IMG/VR virus record: IMGVR_UViG_3300033121_002193
Location: 1-64,000 of that record
Length of the DNA: 64,000 bases
Origin: a virus
Lineage: Duplodnaviria; Caudoviricetes
Reading direction: 5' to 3' (one strand)
Below, piece after piece: positions 57,209 to 64,000 of the stretch. Both the position numbers and the translations under genes were made by a program. Below the pieces are notes generated by a model. The model was given only the letters and a program-made list of their open reading frames with translations. It was not told the origin of the DNA and made no database searches. The first letter of the stretch is position 1. Each line of letters opens with the position of its first letter.

Positions 57209-58762
57209 ATGATTAAAATACTATGTTTGTTTGTTTCTTTTTTTCCGTTTTGTATATTTGCCAATGAAGTAAATTTTCAAAAATTAAATTTGAATTCAAT
57301 TGATTACAACCAACCACTAATTATTAAAAAAGAAGACAGAATAGCAAAAGAAAGACATGATAGTTACGTTGGTTTTGGTTTTTGTAACAAAACAACTAGA
57401 TTTACAAGTGTTGCTGATTTACAAAACATAACAGATGCAATAACAGTCATGTTTGCACCACTTTTTAGTTCTGTAAATATCAACGGAAATATATTTACTC
57501 CAGTTGAAACAAAAAGTATTATAACTCAAGAATTAGATTTAAAAAAATGGCAAGATTTAAGCTCCATTGGAGACTTTAATTCATATCTTAGTTCTGATTT
57601 TTCGTTTTCTAAATTGCCATATAATGGAACAAAAATATTATCTAGATTTATTGGCTATTGGAATGTTAAAATTCCAATCGAAGGTACAATTGGGTTAAAT
57701 TCAGATGATGGCGCTTTAATTATTTTAGGGAATCAACCTTTTATATATTCTGCTGGTTTAAATCCAGGGAAAAGGCTAACAAGAAAATATAAATTCGAAT
57801 CTAGTGGTTTATATCCTGTTTATGTTTTTTATTATCAAAATTTAAACTCTTCCTATTTAGAAGTAAGCGACTTACTCGGTGAACCAACAAATAATAATTT
57901 CATGTTTGGAGAAACAGATATTCCATTAAACTTATTAGAAAATACAACTGTAATAAACGAAGATGGCAGCTATGCAAAAATGGAAATATTTGGAAATGAA
58001 AATATTTACACAACTATTATAGACCAACCACCATATACTTGTGAAATGTGTAATTATGACAGCGACTGTACTGTTGGAAATAAATGTTTATATGGTTTGT
58101 GTCAAAATATAAAACAAGTATGTGTTACTACAGATTTTTGTGGTAATAATTGTCAAGCTTGTCCAGTCGGAAGTAATGTGTGTGTAGACGGAAAATGTAT
58201 AGAATGTAATCAAGACTCAAACTGTTTTTTAAATCAGATATGTAAAAACAATAAGTGCATTCCAAAACCACCTGAATGCACTCAAGATATTGATTGTAAA
58301 TATACCTGGACGACAACTGAATATATTTGTAATAAAACATTGCTTAAATGCGAACTAAAAAAACCTGAATGCTCAATAAATACAGATTGTAAAGATAATC
58401 AAATTTGTAATTTGCAAAACAAATGCCAAGATAAAGTAGAAAATCCAATTTACAACTGCGATAAAGATGAAAATTGTATGTTAATACAATATTGCGATTT
58501 AACTTCAAAAATTTGTAAAAAATTGCCTCAAAACGGGTGTCGAATTCAATTACAATGCTTACAAAATTATACTTGCGATACTGCTGCACATTTATGTATT
58601 GAGAATAAAGATAATAAAACAGATGATTCAACAGAACAAAAGCCGAAAGCAATAGAAAACAAAGGTTGTAATCAATCGTCTTTAAATGGAAGTATAAATA
58701 TTCTCCTTGTTGCTTTTATTATATTCTATAAAAAAATAAAACATTTAACTATATTTACTTGA
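57209..58762 (+). CDS. TraA-like cell-surface protein (PA14-like domain, Cys-rich repeats, MYXO-CTERM-like anchor)
   Basis: Signal peptide; GFGFC; SRFIGYWNV...GLNSDDG...FESSGLYPV.V.YYQN...YLEVS; ~7 C-xx-D-x-D/N-C repeats; C-terminal KGC-linker-hydrophobic helix-KKIK. Confidence 0.75.
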   Translation: MIKILCLFVSFFPFCIFANEVNFQKLNLNSIDYNQPLIIKKEDRIAKERHDSYVGFGFCNKTTRFTSVADLQNITDAITVMFAPLFSSVNINGNIFTPVETKSIITQELDLKKWQDLSSIGDFNSYLSSDFSFSKLPYNGTKILSRFIGYWNVKIPIEGTIGLNSDDGALIILGNQPFIYSAGLNPGKRLTRKYKFESSGLYPVYVFYYQNLNSSYLEVSDLLGEPTNNNFMFGETDIPLNLLENTTVINEDGSYAKMEIFGNENIYTTIIDQPPYTCEMCNYDSDCTVGNKCLYGLCQNIKQVCVTTDFCGNNCQACPVGSNVCVDGKCIECNQDSNCFLNQICKNNKCIPKPPECTQDIDCKYTWTTTEYICNKTLLKCELKKPECSINTDCKDNQICNLQNKCQDKVENPIYNCDKDENCMLIQYCDLTSKICKKLPQNGCRIQLQCLQNYTCDTAAHLCIENKDNKTDDSTEQKPKAIENKGCNQSSLNGSINILLVAFIIFYKKIKHLTIFT

Positions 58763-58861
58763 CATAAAAATCATTTGTAGTATTCTTTGAATATAAGTTG
58801 ATAGTTGAATAATCTAAACATCATTAAACAATACAAACAATAAATCAAAAGAGGCAAAGGT

Positions 58862-59116
58862 ATGAATTTTGGCGAAATATTAGAAAGTTTAAAAAAAGGG
58901 AACAGTGCGGCACGAATGGGTTGGAATGGAAAAGGTATTTTTATTGCAATACAACAACCCGATGAAAACAGCAAAATGACCGCTCCTTATATTTATATAG
59001 ATACAACAGGTCTTAAAACAGATAATATTTATTCGCCAAAAAAACTAGTTCCATGGTTTGCTAGCCAAACAGATATATTAGCAGAAGACTGGTTTGTTGT
59101 AAAAGAAGAAGATTGA
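58862..59116 (+). CDS. DUF2829/Tad2-family anti-defence sponge protein
   Basis: MNFGE.LE.LKKG...ARMGWNGKG.F...PY.YI...VPW.ASQTDILAEDW family signature. Confidence 0.85.
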   Translation: MNFGEILESLKKGNSAARMGWNGKGIFIAIQQPDENSKMTAPYIYIDTTGLKTDNIYSPKKLVPWFASQTDILAEDWFVVKEED

Positions 59117-59184
59117 TTTAGATTACAAAGAATATGATTATTGCCGGCCATTTATAACTTCTCAAAAAGACTACGATTGTCTTG

Positions 59185-59223
59185 TCAAACATGGACAGCT
59201 TTATTAAAGCTGTCCATGTTTGA
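59185..59223. terminator. Perfect 18-bp inverted repeat between convergent genes (bidirectional terminator or cruciform site)
   Basis: TCAAACATGGACAGCTTT-ATT-AAAGCTGTCCATGTTTGA. Confidence 0.55.
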
Positions 59224-59267
59224 TTCAAGTCTGCTGATTTGTACCTAAACAATTATGTCTCATTTTA

Positions 59268-59289
59268 AGGTGAAACTGCGACATAATAC
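59268..59289. repeat. Degenerate solo copy of the R-M cassette TIR
   Basis: AGGTGAAACTGCGACATAATAC vs AGGTGCAGCTGCTACATAATAC (reverse complement of left TIR), 19/22. Confidence 0.55.
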
Positions 59290-59295
59290 TTAAAT

Positions 59296-59724
59296 TCAAT
59301 TAAAACAAAGCAATAGTCTGTAATCACAGTAACCATTGATTAGATAAAAATTACCTTTTAATATGTATGTTTTAAAAAAAGTGTGAGTTTTTTGTTTTTT
59401 CGTATATTCTTTTTTACAATTTTTGCAAAATTTAGCAGTTTTTCTTGTTAATTCTTTGTATTTTTTTGAAGCTATTTTCAATTCTTGTATTGAATAAGTA
59501 GTTAATCCATAACAACTTATTATATCATGATCTATTAAATCAACATTTTCTACATTTTTCCATTTATCTGGGGTTTTAAATGGATCAATAGTTCCTCTTA
59601 TGCCAGATAAAAAACTAAAAAGCTTATAATCCCTTCCTTCATAAGTTTGATCGGTTTTTATTGTTTCCCATGAATCTTTTGAAGTTTTCTTATATTGCTC
59701 TATGATATGAATATCTACGCCCAT
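59296..59724 (-). CDS. Hypothetical phage protein (MG-x-DIH...R-x-Y-x-LF family)
   Basis: MGVDIH...GRDYKLFSFLSGIRG. Confidence 0.55.
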   Translation of the reverse strand: MGVDIHIIEQYKKTSKDSWETIKTDQTYEGRDYKLFSFLSGIRGTIDPFKTPDKWKNVENVDLIDHDIISCYGLTTYSIQELKIASKKYKELTRKTAKFCKNCKKEYTKKQKTHTFFKTYILKGNFYLINGYCDYRLLLCFN

Positions 59725-59781
59725 AAAGATAGATTAACATAAAATGAAGAAAAAAAAAACAAATTAAATCACACGGTTTAA

Positions 59782-59982
59782 TTAAAACAAAATTGTTTTT
59801 TGTTCTGTTATTTTTCCTTTTTTATATACAAATTGATTAATTGACTTGCCATTTTCATAAAATGATTTGTACATACCTTGTCTTAAATCATTTTCTTCTA
59901 CAAAGTATCTTTCTTTTACTTTTGTCTTTTCTTCATTGTAGTACGTTTCAACTTGAGTTAAGTTAGTATTATTGTTTGTCAT
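59782..59982 (-). CDS. Short MORN-variant repeat protein
   Basis: QGMYKSFYENGK....YKKGK. Confidence 0.5.
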   Translation of the reverse strand: MTNNNTNLTQVETYYNEEKTKVKERYFVEENDLRQGMYKSFYENGKSINQFVYKKGKITEQKTILF

Positions 59983-59986
59983 TTTT

Positions 59987-60208
59987 TTATATGTGAATAT
60001 TTAAATCAAATTTATATTTATAGTTTACTTTAATTTCATCATTAGGATAAAATGTAATCGTAAAATTATCAAAATTGAAAACAATGGCACTAAATTTATC
60101 TCCAATATTATACTTTGCCAATGGTTTTTTTAAAACACAATTACAAAATTGAATTTCCATAAAGTCGGTTTCGTCATAGTCTTCATAATCAAACAATGTT
60201 GAATACAT
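59987..60208 (-). CDS. Hypothetical protein
   Basis: 73 aa with GAGAG RBS. Confidence 0.5.
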   Translation of the reverse strand: MYSTLFDYEDYDETDFMEIQFCNCVLKKPLAKYNIGDKFSAIVFNFDNFTITFYPNDEIKVNYKYKFDLNIHI

Positions 60209-60487
60209 TTTATTTCTCTCTTTTTATTTTTAGGCTGGTTAATTAATGTTTAAAGTTACAATATTAAAGCTTCACCCATTCTTTGAATGTTCATTTAATT
60301 TTTGATTTTTCGTAGTACGTTTCAATTTTAGTTAAGGTTGTATTTGTCATTTCTCTTTTTTTTATTTCAGCGTTATTTATTTTATTAACTGCAAATTTTT
60401 GCAATCATAATTCACTATTGTTTATTCATTTATGATTGTATCATATCTATAGGATGAAATAAAGATTATTCTTGTGCAGGTAGTGGG

Positions 60488-61381
60488 TCAGTTTGAAATA
60501 ATTAATTTCTTTTTGTAATTTCCTCGTTTTTTAGGTTCTTTTCTGTTTTCCCATTCCTCAACAATGTTTGCAACGTCTTCAACAGACCAAAGCTTGTCTG
60601 TAACTCCAGCCGCCATAGCAGGAGTAATACGCAAAGTTTGATGAATTCTTACAAAGTTATAATGCATAAAATAAAGCGCCATTGAATAAGCGTGATTTTC
60701 TGCTTTTTTAGAAAATGCGTTGGTAAGACGAGTGTGCCGACGATTAGCCATACGTATATTTAAATTCTGACGTTCAATGTAGCTTGTAGATACGCCTTTT
60801 TCATCAGGGTTACCTGCAATAGAACGTTTGGTGCAGCCAGTACATTCAGCTGGACTGTACTTGCCCTTCATTGATTCAGTTGTATTGCCATACATTTTAA
60901 CTAACATTGCGTAATCAATATCAGCGCCAAAAGCGCCCTCAACTGCTTCAAGATAAGCTTTCAGTCCATCGCTGGTTAATTGAATACGAGAAGCCATACG
61001 ACCAGCTAAATCTTGCATAAATTCATTTGCATACTCAGCATCACGTCCACCTACTAACCAAGATGGAATCAATTTTGTTTCTGCATCCATGGCAATCCAT
61101 GTCCATATATCACCTGCGCCTTCTGGGGCTGCTTTAGCTTCAGCGACATTCTTTTGCTTGGCATAACAGAAAGCCCAGATCTCATCGACTTGAATGCGTT
61201 TACAATGCAGATTACGAAGTTTTTTATCTTGGTACTCTGTAACGGCTTGCCCTGCATCTACCATGAACTTAATGACAGTGTTCTTGCTGCAACCAGTTAA
61301 CCTAACAATGGAACGAATTGAATTGCCTTCGGCCATGAGAGCTAAGATTTGAACACGTTTGTCAGTAGCAAGCTTATTCAT
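60488..61381 (-). CDS. IS1-family DDE transposase (single ORF)
   Basis: N-terminal HTH (EGNSIRSIVRLTGCSKNTV), IQVDEIW, LTSDG, IERQNLNIRM..RR.TRLTNAFSKK. Confidence 0.92.
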   Translation of the reverse strand: MNKLATDKRVQILALMAEGNSIRSIVRLTGCSKNTVIKFMVDAGQAVTEYQDKKLRNLHCKRIQVDEIWAFCYAKQKNVAEAKAAPEGAGDIWTWIAMDAETKLIPSWLVGGRDAEYANEFMQDLAGRMASRIQLTSDGLKAYLEAVEGAFGADIDYAMLVKMYGNTTESMKGKYSPAECTGCTKRSIAGNPDEKGVSTSYIERQNLNIRMANRRHTRLTNAFSKKAENHAYSMALYFMHYNFVRIHQTLRITPAMAAGVTDKLWSVEDVANIVEEWENRKEPKKRGNYKKKLIISN

Positions 61382-61426
61382 ATTTATTCAATATGACTTT
61401 TTATGCTTAACGTCAAGCATTAAGAG

Positions 61427-62890
61427 CTATTCATTGGTATTGAGTTGCTCCTGAATCCATTTAGTAGCTGTTTCTTCATCCTGTTCAATTGCTATTTCAA
61501 CAGCTCGTTTGGCTACATTGAGTAATCGCTTACTTTTAACTTTAAGAGCAAAGCTTTCTTCTATTAATACGGAAATTTGACGTTGTTTGTCATAGTCAAT
61601 CAACGGAATAATTAAATCTTTGAGTGTTTCTTGATTCAATCGCTGTTGAACGGAACCTCTGGCCAATCTGTCAATCATTTCGAAGAAAAATTTGCTATTA
61701 AATAGCAGGGTATAAACACTCGGGATATAGTAATCGGGGAGGTAAAAGCACAAAACATTGTCTGAATAAATCGCCCCATTTAGTTCGTCTCTTATTTCAC
61801 CAAAAACTCCTAAAGAACCTACTCGCGCAGTTATTATCCCCCCTTTTTTTGCCATACGAACGAAATTTTTCTTTTTGACGTAATAGTTATCGTCAAACTC
61901 TATTTGGCCACATTTAATGTTGGTACTTCTTATATAAAACGTTAGTCCCTCAATTTCATTTTTTCTGAAGTATTCCGGCGAATACTCTCCGGTATCAATA
62001 TGAATGATAAGATTAGCCAAAGAATCCCATCGATTGTGATGTTTAATGTGGCTCTCAATATCATGATATTTTTTCTGGTAATACTCTGCATCTAATCTGC
62101 CTGTAAGCATGAAAGAATCTTTAAAACTTTTAATGTTTACAGGAGATGTGCTGGGTTCAAAATCATTTAAACCAATCGTTTCGAGCAAAAGGGTTTCAGC
62201 AGAATTATATAATGCTTTGCTTTCAGTTAGCTTATCTTGCGCTTTGTAAAAAGATTTTTCTATTTCTTTTTGAAAACCTTCGGAATATGTAGGAATAATC
62301 ACAGTTTTTAAATCGTCAAGATTTAAACCCTTTTGAATTGCTCCTCTTTCTTTTCTTATTAATAATTCACGACCATATTTACAATTAAGAAAAGTTAATA
62401 TGTAAACTGGATTGATTTTAGAAATTCTTATAACCGTACTTTTACAACTAAAAATAGCAGGTAAATCTTTAGTTTGAACAATACAAGCATTTCCAAGTGT
62501 CCCAACTACTGAAACTAAAATATCTTTTTCTTTAAGAGCATATTTTTTTAATCTTTCATAATCGTCAAATGGAACAAATCTATTCTCACCGTCTTTTAAT
62601 ATAAAAGGCTTTACATCTTGGCCTCTTACGTATCGATATTCTCCATTTTCGACATAATTTTCAGTGTCAAAAGCTGAACCAAAAGGACCAATTAAGAAGT
62701 TGGCAACACTATTAAGTGCCGTATAGTTATTCTTGCAAACTTGTTTCTCGAAAGACAGTAGATGCTTCCTATAATACTCACTATCTATCCTTCCACTATA
62801 TTCTAAATCTGATTTTAAAATTTCTATTATCTCAAGCCCTTCTAACAAAGCTTTATATTTAGCTTCGTTAGAAGGGCTTAGACGAAAAAA
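61427..62890 (-). CDS. R-M specificity (HsdS-like, two TRDs) domain, probably translated as a -1 frameshift fusion
   Basis: RIDSEYY and RLDAEYY repeats, GAIQKGLN / GSVQQRLN; frame open from the slippery site at 62884-62890; only TTG 62848 as independent start, no RBS, buried in a hairpin. Confidence 0.8.
   Translation of the reverse strand, partial: FFRLSPSNEAKYKALLEGLEIIEILKSDLEYSGRIDSEYYRKHLLSFEKQVCKNNYTALNSVANFLIGPFGSAFDTENYVENGEYRYVRGQDVKPFILKDGENRFVPFDDYERLKKYALKEKDILVSVVGTLGNACIVQTKDLPAIFSCKSTVIRISKINPVYILTFLNCKYGRELLIRKERGAIQKGLNLDDLKTVIIPTYSEGFQKEIEKSFYKAQDKLTESKALYNSAETLLLETIGLNDFEPSTSPVNIKSFKDSFMLTGRLDAEYYQKKYHDIESHIKHHNRWDSLANLIIHIDTGEYSPEYFRKNEIEGLTFYIRSTNIKCGQIEFDDNYYVKKKNFVRMAKKGGIITARVGSLGVFGEIRDELNGAIYSDNVLCFYLPDYYIPSVYTLLFNSKFFFEMIDRLARGSVQQRLNQETLKDLIIPLIDYDKQRQISVLIEESFALKVKSKRLLNVAKRAVEIAIEQDEETATKWIQEQLNTNE
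62834..62890 (-). promoter_or_regulatory. Candidate programmed -1 ribosomal frameshift signal
   Basis: T_TTT_TTC in MTase frame, 4-nt spacer, then 19-bp stem AAGCCCUUCUAACGAAGCU / AGCUUUGUUAGAAGGGCUU with 8-nt loop. Confidence 0.75.
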
Positions 62891-64000
62891 CTGAATTTTT
62901 CCTTTTTAGCAAATTCGGCAAAAGCTTCGGCAATACCGTCCTTTGTTAGTCCATCGTGATTAAAAAGATCGTGCTTAACTATTAAATGCCCGTGGGTATC
63001 TAACAGGTATTCGTCCAAAATTTGTGGCGTTGCTTCGTAATGGTCAAATGGTACGGCAACTAACGTAACATTATTTTCTTTTTCGGTCGATTTTGAAAAA
63101 TCATTTTTACGGACAAATATTTTTTCACCGCTGTTGTCCTTACTTGACTCTTGCATGGTGGCAAAAAAAATAGGATAATCATCTACCTTTGGGCAAAGCT
63201 TATCGTCCCACTTTTGCACGAACAATACACTTGTTTTAGTTCCGGTATGGGGCTTAAAAACATTTCCGTGCAAGCCCACCACTGCTAATATGCGGCATCG
63301 TTCTGCAATGAAATCACGTATTTGTTTGTCGCCGCTGTTGTTGAAACGACCTTGAGGCAAAACAAGAGCCATGCGCCCACCAGGTTTTAAGAAACTTAAA
63401 TTGCGTTCAATAAATAAGATATCACGGCCCAAAGCACTTTGATATTTTCCGCTTATTTTTTTACCAAGTTCATACTTTGCTATCATGCGCGGTTCTTTGA
63501 TATCACCAGCAAAAGGCGGATTAGCCATTACAACATCAAAGCCAAAATCTCGATTATCATCTTTTGTTAAACGTAATTTACGTAGCTTTTTCCAACCCTC
63601 ACCATAAATATCTAACCAATTTTCGTCTTTTGTTTTTTCATCCCATCGTTCATAATCAAGAGTGTTCAAATGCAATACATTAGTTTGTCCATCACCAGCT
63701 ATCAAATTTAAAGTACGACCAACACGAACTGCTTTTTCATCAAAATCGATAGCAAAAACTTTGCTATTCACATAATCTTCGCAGCGAGCAGATTTTTTTT
63801 CTGTAGTATAAAGATGGTTTTGGCTGGTTCCTTCAATTTGTTGCCATACATGAAAAATTGCGTGCATAGGAAAACCACAACTTCCAGCGGCAGGATCAAT
63901 CAATGTTTCATTTTCTTTAGGATTAAGCATTTTGACGCACATGTCGATAACATAGCGTGGTGTAAAATATTGTCCTTTTTCACCTTTACTGGATTTGTTG
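62878..64000 (-). CDS. N6-adenine methyltransferase of Type I-like/IIB-IIG R-M system (5' end outside window)
   Basis: GQYFTPR (upstream of track start), DPAAGSCGF, ANPPF, LKPGGRMALVLP; frame open to window edge. Confidence 0.9.
   Translation of the reverse strand, partial: NKSSKGEKGQYFTPRYVIDMCVKMLNPKENETLIDPAAGSCGFPMHAIFHVWQQIEGTSQNHLYTTEKKSARCEDYVNSKVFAIDFDEKAVRVGRTLNLIAGDGQTNVLHLNTLDYERWDEKTKDENWLDIYGEGWKKLRKLRLTKDDNRDFGFDVVMANPPFAGDIKEPRMIAKYELGKKISGKYQSALGRDILFIERNLSFLKPGGRMALVLPQGRFNNSGDKQIRDFIAERCRILAVVGLHGNVFKPHTGTKTSVLFVQKWDDKLCPKVDDYPIFFATMQESSKDNSGEKIFVRKNDFSKSTEKENNVTLVAVPFDHYEATPQILDEYLLDTHGHLIVKHDLFNHDGLTKDGIAEAFAEFAKKEKFSFFV

Larger units (their letters stand above)
60479..64000 (-). 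mobile_element. IS1-family transporter element with R-M cargo (other end outside window)
   Basis: End sequence GGTAGTGGGTCAGTTTGAAAT at 60479-60499 containing the transposase stop; abrupt GC shift; co-oriented cargo upstream. Second TIR and TSD not visible. Confidence 0.7.

Noticed and set aside
59252-59295. XerC/D dif site
   Set aside because: Shares CATAAT/TTATG half-words, but arm order and spacing do not fit the 11-6-11 dif consensus
1-64000. Stop-codon reassignment
   Set aside because: Standard code gives long, tightly packed ORFs, and TAA, TAG and TGA all serve as stops
1-64000. tRNA, rRNA or CRISPR array
   Set aside because: No cloverleaf or regularly spaced repeat-spacer pattern seen in the few intergenic gaps by eye

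Overview
The window is an AT-rich segment of a large contractile-tailed (myovirus-type) phage or prophage. A ~44 kb minus-strand neck/tail/baseplate/fibre module (3043-46822) is punctuated by a recurring CTTAATCT motif that looks like a late promoter. Accessory genes include a serine recombinase, glycosyltransferases, dUTPase, HU/IHF and a Tad2/DUF2829 anti-defence protein. No capsid, portal or terminase gene is recognisable here. Three visibly more GC-rich IS-type elements have inserted, each carrying a different restriction-modification (R-M) system. (1) A transposase-less 2379-bp cassette (4446-6824; 24-bp TIRs, 8-bp TSD GACAATTC) with a Type II R-M pair splits a 673-aa fibre gene. (2) A 5991-bp IS1595 transporter (49656-55646; 26-bp TIRs, TSD TTAATTTA) with a Type III mod-res pair splits a 115-aa gene. 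(3) An IS1-family element (from 60479, running off the window) has MTase and specificity ORFs joined by a T_TTT_TTC slippery site and a 19-bp hairpin, a probable programmed -1 frameshift. The most unusual backbone gene (57209-58762) has the architecture of TraA, the myxobacterial kin-recognition/outer-membrane-exchange receptor (signal peptide, PA14-like domain, Cys-rich repeats, MYXO-CTERM-like tail), with no traB beside it. Several frameshifted or motif-eroded genes suggest a long-resident or partly defective element. All product calls come from motif reading and recalled family features, not database searches.
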